DNA of 64,000 bases, from NCBI GenBank assembly GCA_964195515.1, contig CAXMQO010000101.1:45092-109091 (forward strand), given 5' to 3'. The notes below the pieces were generated by a model, which made no database searches, had not been told where the DNA came from, and was given only the letters and a program-made list of their open reading frames with translations. Shown here piece by piece: positions 30,533-39,933 of the stretch (positions within the stretch are counted from its first letter, which is position 1; every line of letters begins with the position of its first letter). The stretch comes from an uncultured Saprospiraceae bacterium. GTDB taxonomy: Bacteria > Actinomycetota > Acidimicrobiia > Spongiisociales > UBA5794. A program made the position numbers and the translations under genes.

Positions 30533-31332
30533 ACTCCGCTCTCTCACTGAGTGGAATCTCCGTCCGATTCAACGGATCGAGGATCCTGGATTCGGTTGAC
30601 CTGGACATCGCGCCGGGGGAATGGGTCGGGATCATCGGACCAAACGGAGCCGGCAAGACGACCCTGCTACGTGCGATCACGGGTGCCGTCGAGTTCGAAG
30701 GAGCCGTAGAGATCGTTGGAAGTGCGTCGGCGACGCTGAAACGACGGGATCTCGCCCGGTCCGTCGCTCTCGTACCCCAACACCCGGTCCTTCCCCCCGG
30801 GATGCGCGTCGTCGACTACGTCCTGCTCGGTAGAACCCCCCACCTCCGAGCCGTCACCGGTCCATCCCTGCACGACCTCGATGTGGTGGCCGCGATTCTC
30901 GAAGCGCTGACCCTCACGTCGTTCGTGGACCGGGACGTGACCACGTTGTCGGGCGGAGAACTCCAACGGACCGTCATCGCCCGGGCACTCGCCCAGGAGT
31001 CTCCGATCCTCCTCCTCGATGAGCCGACGACTGCACTCGACATCGGGAAGCAGCAGGAGGTCCTCGAACTCGTCGATCAGCTCCGCAGGGAACGGACGCT
31101 CACCGTCGTTTCAGCCATGCACGATCTGACGATCGCCGGTCAATTCCCAGACCGTTTGGTCATGCTCGCGAGGGGGGCGGTCGTCGCGGAAGGTGACGCT
31201 CGGGCGGTGCTCGACCCGGAGCTCATCCGTATGCACTATGCCGCTGACGTGAGGATTCTGGACGATGGATCAGGGGGAATCGTGGTCGTCCCGATCAGGA
31301 CTCAAGAGACGATCATCGATTCGAAGAACTGA
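30529..31332 (+). CDS. ABC transporter ATP-binding protein (BtuD/FepC-like)
   Basis: GPNGAGKTTLL Walker A, LSGGELQR signature, LLLDEPT Walker B. Confidence 0.85.
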   Translation: MNSALSLSGISVRFNGSRILDSVDLDIAPGEWVGIIGPNGAGKTTLLRAITGAVEFEGAVEIVGSASATLKRRDLARSVALVPQHPVLPPGMRVVDYVLLGRTPHLRAVTGPSLHDLDVVAAILEALTLTSFVDRDVTTLSGGELQRTVIARALAQESPILLLDEPTTALDIGKQQEVLELVDQLRRERTLTVVSAMHDLTIAGQFPDRLVMLARGAVVAEGDARAVLDPELIRMHYAADVRILDDGSGGIVVVPIRTQETIIDSKN

Positions 31333-32042
31333 CCGACCAGGAAACTCAGCACACCACCGACGACGCCGATACTGAGGTTCTCCAATGCTGAGAACACGGG
31401 GTTCGTCTTTGTCATCGCCGTCTTCACGGCACCCACGATGAGGAGACCGACGCCGGCAAGCAACCCAGCCGCGAGCAACGCAGTTCTTGTGTCGTCGAAG
31501 ACAGCGAACGGCAGGACGGAAGGGGCCGCGCCGAGGAGGAACAGGCCGGCTGAGGCGAGGCCGGCCAGGTAGGCGTTGCGCTTCTCGGCGTCGACGACGC
31601 CGAATTCGAGGCCGGCCATCACCCCGAGCATCGCCTCGTCGCTCCCGTCGATGATCTGAACGACCGACTCCAGGTCATCGCCGGAGAGGCCCATGTTTCC
31701 GAACATGTGGCGGAGTTCATCGCGTTCATGGTCGCGGTGCTCCTCGAGGTGCTTCGCCTCGAGTGCCATCTCGGCGGCGAAGACTTCCTCCTGGGACTTC
31801 GTGGCGAGGTACTCGCCGGCCCCCATTGAGATCATTCCCGCCAGGGCGCCGGCGATGGCAGTGAGGAGAACCTGCGTAGAGGAGAGTCCTGCACCGACGA
31901 CACCAGCGACGAGGAGGAACGTCGAGACGAGGCCGTCGTTGACCCCAAGGATGACGTCGCGCATGTACTGACGGGACTTGCCAAGGTGGTTTTGGTAGTC
32001 GTCGGGCGGGATGGGCGGGGGAACCGGTGTCACGGACGACAT
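31302..32042 (-). CDS. VIT1/CCC1 family iron/manganese transporter
   Basis: GVNDGLVSTFLLVAGV motif and membrane topology. Confidence 0.7.
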   Translation of the reverse strand: MSSVTPVPPPIPPDDYQNHLGKSRQYMRDVILGVNDGLVSTFLLVAGVVGAGLSSTQVLLTAIAGALAGMISMGAGEYLATKSQEEVFAAEMALEAKHLEEHRDHERDELRHMFGNMGLSGDDLESVVQIIDGSDEAMLGVMAGLEFGVVDAEKRNAYLAGLASAGLFLLGAAPSVLPFAVFDDTRTALLAAGLLAGVGLLIVGAVKTAMTKTNPVFSALENLSIGVVGGVLSFLVGQFFESMIVS

Positions 32043-32261
32043 CGTACCGGCGGAGCGGCGCCGAGAGATCACCAAGGCCCGTACCGAGGGTTCTTGTCCC
32101 CGTATGCGGCGCAGCCAGCCCGCGGAATGGGAGAAACGGGCTGCCAGCGCACGGCGCTGTACGCTGTAGCAACGGCACAGGGAGCAGAGATCACCGACGC
32201 ACCGGAAACAAACGGAGACTCGCCGGACGTCGCGGCGACGGGCGAGGGCCCTCCTCTCAAA

Positions 32262-33449
32262 GTGGCCGACCCGCGGCTCGGACCGCCGTCTCCGCCGTGG
32301 TCTCCTCAAACCAAGATTGCGGTCGCCGGCGGGCTCGTTGTGTTCACGGTGATCATCTTCTGGCTCTCACGGGACGCGTTGCCGATCCTTGCCATGGCGG
32401 GGATCGTTGCCTTCCTCGTCGCCCCCATGGTTCGGGCACTCCACCGACGCCTTCACTTTCCCCGGTGGCTGGCCCTTGGCATCGGCTATCTCGTCGTTCT
32501 CATCGTCTCACTTCTCCTGATTGCAGTCCTCGCGGTCGGAATCACCCAGTCTCTCGCCAACATCGACGTCGTTGGTATGGAGAACACGGTGAGGGATGTC
32601 GCAGAGTGGTTCGTGGACGAGGCCGAAGGACTCGGCATCTTCGGCATCAGCATCGACATGACCGAGATCACCGATCCCGTCCGAACGTGGCTCAGTCAAG
32701 AGGCAACAACGGGCGGCGTCGGTGGAGGGATCAAGATCGACGCGAACGCTCTTCAGGGATTGCTCGGCGGCGCGTTCAACTCGATCAGGACGGTGACCGG
32801 CCTCCTCACCGCCATGGTGATGTCGGCACTCATCACGATGATGATCGCGATCTACCTCAACGCCGACAGTGCGAGGTTCTACCAATGGATCCACCGCACG
32901 GTCCCCCCCGGCTACGAGCGGGACGCCACAGTGCTTTCCGACCGAGTCGCAGGCGTCTGGCGCGGCTACGTCTACGGCCAACTGATCAACAGCCTGATCA
33001 CAGGGATCATGCTCTACATCGTGCTCGCGCTCGTCGGCGTTCAGGGGGCGTTTCTCATGGGTGTGATCATGATGCTCTTCAACATGATCCCGACGTTCGG
33101 ACCGATCATCGCAGCGTTCCCCGGCATCGTTGCCGCCCTCGTCGGCGGTTCGACGCGTTGGACCGACATGAACAACTTCATATTCGCCCTGATCGTCGCA
33201 GGCATCTACGTCGTAGTTGTGCAGGCCCAGGCGAACATCATCGCCCCGAAGGTGATGGGCAGGGCGGTCCGACTCTCTCCCGTAGTCATCATGATTTCGC
33301 TGATCGTCGGGTTCAACGTCGCTGGCCTGATCGGGTCACTCCTCGCCGTGCCGATCGTTGCCACGATCAAGGAGTTCATCTCCTACCTCTATGCCAAGGT
33401 CGTGGATCGAGAACCCTTTGCGAATGGGAACGGGACGGCCGATGCGTGA
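32262..33449 (+). CDS. AI-2E family (PerM/UPF0118) transporter
   Basis: Eight hydrophobic helices; conserved C-terminal region MIPTFGPIIAAFPG. Confidence 0.7.
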   Translation: MADPRLGPPSPPWSPQTKIAVAGGLVVFTVIIFWLSRDALPILAMAGIVAFLVAPMVRALHRRLHFPRWLALGIGYLVVLIVSLLLIAVLAVGITQSLANIDVVGMENTVRDVAEWFVDEAEGLGIFGISIDMTEITDPVRTWLSQEATTGGVGGGIKIDANALQGLLGGAFNSIRTVTGLLTAMVMSALITMMIAIYLNADSARFYQWIHRTVPPGYERDATVLSDRVAGVWRGYVYGQLINSLITGIMLYIVLALVGVQGAFLMGVIMMLFNMIPTFGPIIAAFPGIVAALVGGSTRWTDMNNFIFALIVAGIYVVVVQAQANIIAPKVMGRAVRLSPVVIMISLIVGFNVAGLIGSLLAVPIVATIKEFISYLYAKVVDREPFANGNGTADA

Positions 33450-34986
33450 CGGTGAGACACTGAGGGTCGACGCCGTCGTGATCGGAGCCGGACTCGGTGG
33501 ACTCGGAGCTGCCGGCTATCTGGCAAAGGAGGGCTACCGGGTCGCGGTTGTCGAGCACCACACCGTTCCCGGCGGCTACGCCCACGAGTTCAAGCGACGC
33601 GGGTTCCGGTTTGACGTCGCCCTCCACGCCCTCGACGGCGCCGGACCGGGTGGCTGGCTCCACCCGATGCTCGAGGACCTCCGTGTGGTTGGCCGCGTCG
33701 AGTTCACGCGACTCGATCCCTTCTACACGACCCACTTCCCTGCGCACGAGATCACCGTCCCGGCTGACCTTTCCGGCTACGTGCGCGAACTGAAGCACGA
33801 TTTCCCTGACGAGGCGGAGGGAATCGACGACCTGTTTGCCGCGATTCGCCGCGTCGCCTTCGACATGGCCCGATATTCCAAAGAGCGGTCCAAGGGTGCC
33901 CGGCCCACGCCGATGGAGATGATGGAGACATTCCCCGACATGGCGATAGCGTTCTCCCAGGATTGGGAGACGTTCACAGGTCGATTCGTCATGGATACGC
34001 AACTCAAAGCCGTCGTCTCGACCCTATGGGGTTACTTCGGCCTGCCCCCGTCGAGGGTCTCCGCCGGCTTGTTCGCCCTCGCCGTCTACAGCTATCACGC
34101 GTCGGGTGCGTGGTACCCGAAGGGGGGGAGTCAGGCGATGAGCCGAGCGATCGTCGAAGGGATCACGGACCACGGCGGAGAGGTTCGCTTCAGAAATAGG
34201 GTCACTTCGATCGAAGTAGAAGACGGGCGGGCGGTCGCCGTCGAGACCGATCGCGGGCTGCGGGTCGAAGCCGACGTGATCGTGTCGAATGCCAGTCCCT
34301 CGGCGACGGTGGCGATGCTGGGGCGGGGGTATCTCGACGAACCGTTCCTGACCGGTGTCGATCGAGATGTGCCCGCGCTGTCGAACCTCGTCGTCTATCT
34401 CGGTGTTGACCGGGACCTCGCTGCGGAGGGGTGGGATCACCACGAGTTCTTCCTCTCCGACGGCTACGACATGGACGCCGACTACGAAGCGATGGTCGCA
34501 GGCGACTTCTCGAAGACGGGGATGGTCATAGCGAACTACACCGACGTCGACCCCGGCTGTGCGCCGGAAGGCAACAGTGTGCTGGTGATGCTGTCGCTCG
34601 CCCCCTGGGACTATCAAGACGTATGGGGGACGGGTGGTGATCTGACCGGCTACTCCAAGAACCCGAAGTATCTGAGGATCAAGGAGACCGCTGCCGATCT
34701 CCTGATCGACCGCGCCGAGGTGCTCATACCCGGATTGGGCGACGCGATCGTCGTCAAGGAGATAGGAACTCCGCTTACGAATGTGCGGTATGGACTCAAT
34801 CCGGGCGGAAGCATCTATGGACGTGAGCAGACGGTTGAGAACATGCTCAACCGGAGAAGCCCGAAGTCTCCGATCCCGAACCTCCTGTTCGCCGGAGCAT
34901 GGGTAGGCGGCGGCGGGATGAGTTCCGCTCTCGGTTCGGGCCGGACGGCTGCCGCGATCGCGGGGGAGATACTGAGCGGTCGGTAG
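33442..34986 (+). CDS. FAD-dependent oxidoreductase, phytoene desaturase (CrtI) family
   Basis: DAVVIGAGLGGLGAAGYLAKEGYRVAVVE dinucleotide-binding motif; CrtI-like length. Confidence 0.7.
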   Translation: MRDGETLRVDAVVIGAGLGGLGAAGYLAKEGYRVAVVEHHTVPGGYAHEFKRRGFRFDVALHALDGAGPGGWLHPMLEDLRVVGRVEFTRLDPFYTTHFPAHEITVPADLSGYVRELKHDFPDEAEGIDDLFAAIRRVAFDMARYSKERSKGARPTPMEMMETFPDMAIAFSQDWETFTGRFVMDTQLKAVVSTLWGYFGLPPSRVSAGLFALAVYSYHASGAWYPKGGSQAMSRAIVEGITDHGGEVRFRNRVTSIEVEDGRAVAVETDRGLRVEADVIVSNASPSATVAMLGRGYLDEPFLTGVDRDVPALSNLVVYLGVDRDLAAEGWDHHEFFLSDGYDMDADYEAMVAGDFSKTGMVIANYTDVDPGCAPEGNSVLVMLSLAPWDYQDVWGTGGDLTGYSKNPKYLRIKETAADLLIDRAEVLIPGLGDAIVVKEIGTPLTNVRYGLNPGGSIYGREQTVENMLNRRSPKSPIPNLLFAGAWVGGGGMSSALGSGRTAAAIAGEILSGR

Positions 34987-35056
34987 GACGAGGCGATTGA
35001 GTGCGCCGGCCGGCGGCGCCGCTCCCGGCCGCACGGGGCGTCCATAGACTGAAGGC

Positions 35057-36697
35057 GTGTCACAGGCCGTTGCCCCCCTCAAGATCGCTCGCTTTCGCGC
35101 GTTGTGGTTCGCAGCCATCTTTTCGAACGTCGGATCCTTCCTCCAGGCGGTGGCCGCCTCATGGCTGATGTTGGAGTTGACGGGCTCGGCCCTGTGGGTT
35201 GGGCTCATGTCGGCGTCTTCGACGCTTCCCTTGCTCGTCTTCTCTCTTCCGGCAGGGGCTATCGCCGACATGTTCGATCGTCGGAAGGTCCTGATCGTGG
35301 CTCAGATGACGATGGGAGGTTCGGCGGCGGCGATGGCGGTTCTCACTGCGGCCGATTTGATCACTCCTGGACTGCTTCTCGGCCTCGGCCTGCTCCTGGG
35401 AACAGGTCTTGCGTTCAACCTCCCGTCTTGGCAGGCGACCGTTCCGGACCTCGTCCCTCGCGGGTTGGTCGCGAGCGCCGTGGCGCTCAACTCGGCCGCC
35501 TTCAACGTAGCTCGGGCGATCGGGCCTGCGTTGGGAGGACTCATCGTCGCTGTCGCCGGCGCGCAGGTGGCGTTCGGTCTCAATGCCTTGTCGTATCTCG
35601 GCGTGATTGTGGTACTCGCCATGCTCGCGAGAGTCATGGGATCACCCGACCGTGACCAGACCTCGATGCGAAACGCGATCGCCCTCGGGGTGCGCTTCGC
35701 CCGGTTCACGCCGCCATTTCGGAAGGTGATGGCTCTTGCTGCGTTGTTCGCGCTGACCTCTTCGGTGATTCAGTCCGTGCTGCCGGTTCGCACCGAAGAG
35801 TTGGGTGGAGGAGCCGGCGCTTTCGGACTCCTCCTTGGAGCCATGGGGGCCGGCGCTCTGGTTGGGGCATTCACCAGGGGTCCCGTCACAACGGTGCTCG
35901 GCCGATGGTCATTGCCGGCGACGGTCACGTTGGTAGGCGTGGCGGGGGTCGCTCTGGGTCTGGCTCCGTCGATAGCGACGGCATTCGTCGCCCTCGTGGT
36001 TGTCGGCGTCGGCTGGGTGTGGACCCTTGCCAATCTGAATGCGACGGCCCAGCTCATGTCTCCAGCGTGGGTGAGGGGCCGCGCCATGGGGTTGTACATG
36101 TTGTCGTTTGCCGGGACGCTCCCCCTTGGGGCCATCATGTCAGGCTGGATCGCCGACCAGATTGGTGCCGGTGGAGCAGAGGTTCTTCTCTCCTCGGTGG
36201 GGATTGCCCTCGGGATAGTCGTGGTCCCAGCGCTCAAGATTCCTGCGCTGGGTGACGTCGTGACCCCGGAGTTCACGGACGAACGAATCCTCTTGCCGCA
36301 CGTCGACACCGAGGGAGGGCCGGTGCTGATGACGGCGACGTGGCAGATCGAGCGTCCCGACCTGGCCGGGTTTCTGGCGGTGATGCGTGAGGTGCGCCTC
36401 GTGCGGCTACGAACGGGGGCCTATCGGTGGCGTTTGTACCGGGATGCAAGCGACCCGCATCGGCTCACGGAGGTGTTCCTGACGCGTTCTTGGGAGGATC
36501 ACCTGGCACAGCACCGGCGTATCGACGACGCTTCGAGAGAGGTACTGGAACGGGCCCGAGCGTTCGGTCGGGTCGAAGGACCGCGGACCAACCATCTCGT
36601 GGCCGTGGACATGGAGAGCTCGGATGACTGGGATGCTCTCATCGAGTCGCACGCCCAGTACCACGCGAGCGACGGTTCGATCCCGCTCGAGTCGTAG
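35057..36697 (+). CDS. MFS transporter (EntS-like) with ~140-aa C-terminal cytoplasmic domain
   Basis: 12 TM MFS core with a soluble C-terminal extension (ATWQIERPDLAGFLAVMREV...) resembling an ABM/Dabb-type alpha+beta barrel. Confidence 0.7.
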   Translation: MSQAVAPLKIARFRALWFAAIFSNVGSFLQAVAASWLMLELTGSALWVGLMSASSTLPLLVFSLPAGAIADMFDRRKVLIVAQMTMGGSAAAMAVLTAADLITPGLLLGLGLLLGTGLAFNLPSWQATVPDLVPRGLVASAVALNSAAFNVARAIGPALGGLIVAVAGAQVAFGLNALSYLGVIVVLAMLARVMGSPDRDQTSMRNAIALGVRFARFTPPFRKVMALAALFALTSSVIQSVLPVRTEELGGGAGAFGLLLGAMGAGALVGAFTRGPVTTVLGRWSLPATVTLVGVAGVALGLAPSIATAFVALVVVGVGWVWTLANLNATAQLMSPAWVRGRAMGLYMLSFAGTLPLGAIMSGWIADQIGAGGAEVLLSSVGIALGIVVVPALKIPALGDVVTPEFTDERILLPHVDTEGGPVLMTATWQIERPDLAGFLAVMREVRLVRLRTGAYRWRLYRDASDPHRLTEVFLTRSWEDHLAQHRRIDDASREVLERARAFGRVEGPRTNHLVAVDMESSDDWDALIESHAQYHASDGSIPLES

Positions 36698-36708
36698 GGA
36701 CTCGGTTC

Positions 36709-37458
36709 TTGGTGGTGGCGCCCGCCGCTGGTGGAGTCCGGCGGGTTGCAGGGCGGGCGCTCACCTCGATAGCGTGGCGAACCGTGACGACACCCGCCCG
36801 AAGCCCATATTGGCTCAGCGCCGCTCTGTTCTTGGCGTTCCTCACTGTGACGGTGTTGGTTGTTGCGGGCTGGACGCAGTCGCTCGACGACGGCTGGCTG
36901 TCGTTGATGGAGGACTACGAAGTCGCGCGGCTCGTCGCAGTCGCGCGGGCCTTCCACGTGATCGGCGGGTATCCAATCGCCCTCGTCACCTCGGTCGCGA
37001 TTGGCGTCGCCTTCATCGTCCTGAGGAAGTGGCGGGCGCTCTGGGCATGGGTGGCGATTGTCGGCGGAGCACAAGTCCTGTCGGCGGTGACGAAGACCCT
37101 TGTTGATCGAACTCGTCCGGTGGATGCCCTCGTGCACGAGTCGTCGGCGTCGTACCCGTCAGGCCACGCAATGGTGTCGGGTGCGGCGATGGCGATCGGG
37201 GTCGCCGTGATCGCGAGCTTCCTCTGGCCGCGCCGACGTCGACTCTTTCTCGGTCTCGGTATCACCTATGCCGTCATCATGGCCTGGAGCCGCACCTATC
37301 TTCGGGTCCACTGGCTCACCGACGTGGTGGGAGGACTCTTGTTCGGTATAGCCATAGTGTTCGCCGTTGTTGCGGTGGTGTCTCACCGACGAGGAGGGCA
37401 CGCGCCGACAACCCCGAGCAATGGTGACGTGGACAACGGGATTGGCACCGTCGGATAA
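36709..37458 (+). CDS. PAP2 family phosphatase
   Basis: KxxxxxxRP, PSGH and SRxxxxxHxxxD motifs (KTLVDRTRP, YPSGHA, SRTYLRVHWLTD). Confidence 0.65.
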   Translation: MVVAPAAGGVRRVAGRALTSIAWRTVTTPARSPYWLSAALFLAFLTVTVLVVAGWTQSLDDGWLSLMEDYEVARLVAVARAFHVIGGYPIALVTSVAIGVAFIVLRKWRALWAWVAIVGGAQVLSAVTKTLVDRTRPVDALVHESSASYPSGHAMVSGAAMAIGVAVIASFLWPRRRRLFLGLGITYAVIMAWSRTYLRVHWLTDVVGGLLFGIAIVFAVVAVVSHRRGGHAPTTPSNGDVDNGIGTVG

Positions 37459-37672
37459 CCCACCGATCGTGAGCCGACGATTCTCCGGTGGAAGGGCCAT
37501 GCCCGGTTGGGTTGCCACCCGGTCGCTGGACGCTACGCGTATCGCGGGTGAGCGGCCGTCTTCCATAGATGATCGACATCCCAGCCGACGGCAATCCCGA
37601 GTACTCGGGCACAGATGATCGAGGTCGGGAGCCAAACCGGACTCGGTGTCTTCGAGCACGCCTGGCAAGGGC

Positions 37673-38245
37673 ATGGCTCGGCGTACTCCTAGGCTGAGCA
37701 GCGACGCACCGGGAGAGATCGTGCACATACTCGTCGCCACCGACGGCCAACTCGACGCCACCGCCACCTCCGAATTCGCTGCTCGCCTCGCAGGCCCTGA
37801 GGGTCGTGTGACGGTGCTGACCGTGGTTGAGGTGCCGCGAACCTTTCTCCGCGACATGCGTGTCGATTGGGGCGCTTCGGAGGGTACCGGCTTGATCGCC
37901 AACGACGGATTCGTCGCGACCACCGCCGTACTCCGAGAGGCTCCGCGCGGATGGCCGGGCGACGATGCCTTGATCGAGCGCTACTTGAGAGACAAGAAGG
38001 AGCTGCACACCGCACCCATCGTGGCCGCTCTGCGAAGCGCGAACGTCGACACAGACGCCCGGGTCGTCGAGAGCGAGAACGTGTCTCGGACGATCATCGA
38101 CCAGTGCGTGGAGTTCGGTGTCGAGGCCGTTGTCATCGGCTCCCATGGCAGGGGCGTGGTCCAGGGGCTCCTCGGTTCGAATGGAACGAAGATCGTCCGC
38201 AGATCGCCGATCCCTGTTCTCCTGATCCGCTCCGCGAACCTCTGA
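37673..38245 (+). CDS. Universal stress protein (UspA family)
   Basis: C-terminal GSHGRGVVQGLLGSNGTKIVRRSPIPVLLI ATP-binding motif. Confidence 0.75.
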   Translation: MARRTPRLSSDAPGEIVHILVATDGQLDATATSEFAARLAGPEGRVTVLTVVEVPRTFLRDMRVDWGASEGTGLIANDGFVATTAVLREAPRGWPGDDALIERYLRDKKELHTAPIVAALRSANVDTDARVVESENVSRTIIDQCVEFGVEAVVIGSHGRGVVQGLLGSNGTKIVRRSPIPVLLIRSANL

Positions 38246-38251
38246 CCAATC

Positions 38252-38296
38252 GGTCGAGACCGGGTAGGTCTCGACCGATGCGAAGCGGCGGTTTTG
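38252..38296. terminator. Putative bidirectional terminator hairpin between usp and tRNA-Ile
   Basis: Perfect 13-bp inverted repeat ATCGGTCGAGACC/GGTCTCGACCGAT followed by GGTTTTG. Confidence 0.35.
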
Positions 38297-38371
38297 TGGG
38301 CCCACCTGGATTTGAACCAGGGACCTCATCCTTATCAGGGATGCGCTCTAACCAGGCTGAGCTATGGGCCC
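38297..38371 (-). tRNA. tRNA-Ile (GAT)
   Basis: Hand-folded cloverleaf: GGGCCCA acceptor stem, anticodon loop CTGATAA, T-loop GGTTCAAATCC. No encoded CCA. Confidence 0.85.
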
Positions 38372-38454
38372 GCGGAGCGCGAACGATAGCAAAGAGGGAG
38401 TCGTAGAGGCCAGGTCGGGAATAGCCTGGTCGCCCAAAGCGATTCCTGGACACC

Positions 38455-39312
38455 ATGACCCAAGCACACCTCGTCGGTATCTCTGGCAGCCTTCGCTCCG
38501 GCTCGTACAACACGGCGCTGTTGCGCGCGGCGTTCGACGACGTCCCCGAAGGGGTCACGGCGGAGATCGTCTCCCTCGGTCGCATCCCGCTGTACAACCT
38601 GGACGACGAGCAGGAGCATGGAACCCCCGCACCGGTCGTCGAGATGCGTTCAGCGGTCGCGGCAGCGGACGGAATCGTGTTCGCTACTCCCGAGTACAAC
38701 TGGTCAGTCACGGGAGCGATGAAGAACGCGGTCGACTGGCTCTCCCGCGGTCCGAACTCACCTCTCGACTTCAAGCCGGCGGCGATCGTCGGTGGCGGCG
38801 GCGGTTCCGGAACGGCGCGATCGCAGCGGCACCTCCGCGATGTCCTGGGTCACAACAGCCTGTGCATTCTCGCTGAACCGCAGGTGATGGTGAGCGGTGT
38901 CTCTGATCGATTCGACGGCATCACCCTGGTCGACGAAACGGTGAAGAGCGACCTGGCAACGATGATCGGTCGTCTTGTTGAACTGATAGAACGATCCCGT
39001 TCGACAGAGCGCGTCGACGTGAGGGGATCGGTCCTCGTGGTGGGTACGGCCGATCAGTATGTGGAGTCGACGGTTCGGAGTCTCACCGAGTTGGGTTATC
39101 GGACGCTATCCGCGTTCTCGATCGCCGATGCCGAACGGATCCTCGCCAACCGCACGGTGGCGGCGGTCGTACTCGATCCGGGGTTCGACGAGACAGGTCG
39201 ACGGCAGATCTCCGGTGGCGTGGGGGACCGTCCGGTGGTTGCTGTCGAAGATCCCTCGACGGCTGGGAGATTCGTCGACGACACGCTTCGCTACGGAGAC
39301 TCACCCGAGTAG
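38455..39312 (+). CDS. NADPH-dependent FMN reductase fused to C-terminal receiver-like domain
   Basis: N-terminal ISGSLRSGSYN...PEYNWSVTGAMKNAVDW flavodoxin-like reductase. C-terminal ~110 aa resembles a CheY-like fold but lacks the canonical acidic pocket. Confidence 0.65.
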   Translation: MTQAHLVGISGSLRSGSYNTALLRAAFDDVPEGVTAEIVSLGRIPLYNLDDEQEHGTPAPVVEMRSAVAAADGIVFATPEYNWSVTGAMKNAVDWLSRGPNSPLDFKPAAIVGGGGGSGTARSQRHLRDVLGHNSLCILAEPQVMVSGVSDRFDGITLVDETVKSDLATMIGRLVELIERSRSTERVDVRGSVLVVGTADQYVESTVRSLTELGYRTLSAFSIADAERILANRTVAAVVLDPGFDETGRRQISGGVGDRPVVAVEDPSTAGRFVDDTLRYGDSPE

Positions 39313-39344
39313 CCTCGCGCACCACGAAGCCGCTGGGAGGCACC

Positions 39345-39797
39345 ATGCGCGACTGGGTCACGCTATTCCACGTTCTGTCCGTCATCGTCTGGCTTGGAGG
39401 TTCGATCTACCTCGAAGCGCTCATGGCGAACGCCAGGAGGGATGGCGACGAGGGGGCTCTTGTGGCTGCGTTCCGGACGATCGGAGCGACGAATCGACGC
39501 CTCTTCAACTTCGCCGGGATAGCGACTGTCGTCTTCGGTTTCTGGTTGGTGGGCATCTCCCCCGCGTGGGAGTTTGAGATGATCTGGATCACCGTTGGGA
39601 TTCTCCTCGCGACGATAGCGGTCGTCATCGACCTGTTCTACGTCACACCGCGCACCGACCGTGTCGAGCGAATGATCGGCGACCCCGAGCAGTCGGACGA
39701 CGCCGTCTCGGGCGTCATCAAGCAGGTCGTGAACGCCGGGCACGCCCGCGTCGGACTGCTCTTCGTTGCGTTCGTTTTCATGATCTTCAAGTTCTGA
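39345..39797 (+). CDS. Hypothetical integral membrane protein (4 TM)
   Basis: Hydrophobic profile; no motif recognised. Confidence 0.45.
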   Translation: MRDWVTLFHVLSVIVWLGGSIYLEALMANARRDGDEGALVAAFRTIGATNRRLFNFAGIATVVFGFWLVGISPAWEFEMIWITVGILLATIAVVIDLFYVTPRTDRVERMIGDPEQSDDAVSGVIKQVVNAGHARVGLLFVAFVFMIFKF

Positions 39798-39840
39798 CAC
39801 GTTCGGCACCGTCGTACGGCCGGTACACTTCCGCTCACAC

Positions 39841-39913
39841 GGGGACGTAGCTCAGTTGGGAGAGCACCTGGTTTGCAACCAGGGGGTCGTCGGTTCGAGT
39901 CCGATCGTCTCCA
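39841..39913 (+). tRNA. tRNA-Ala (TGC)
   Basis: GGGGACG acceptor with G3:U70-compatible stem, anticodon loop TTTGCAA, T-loop GGTTCGAGTCC. Confidence 0.85.
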
Positions 39914-39933
39914 CGCCAGCGAGGGAGGATTCC

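Noticed and set aside
29795-30547. 250-aa minus-strand ORF inside the btuC-like permease
   Set aside because: It is antisense to a clear FecCD permease.
37316-38329. 337-aa minus-strand ORF overlapping the PAP2 and Usp genes
   Set aside because: It is antisense to two genes with clear family motifs. Its Arg/Gly/Pro-rich composition has no domain signal.
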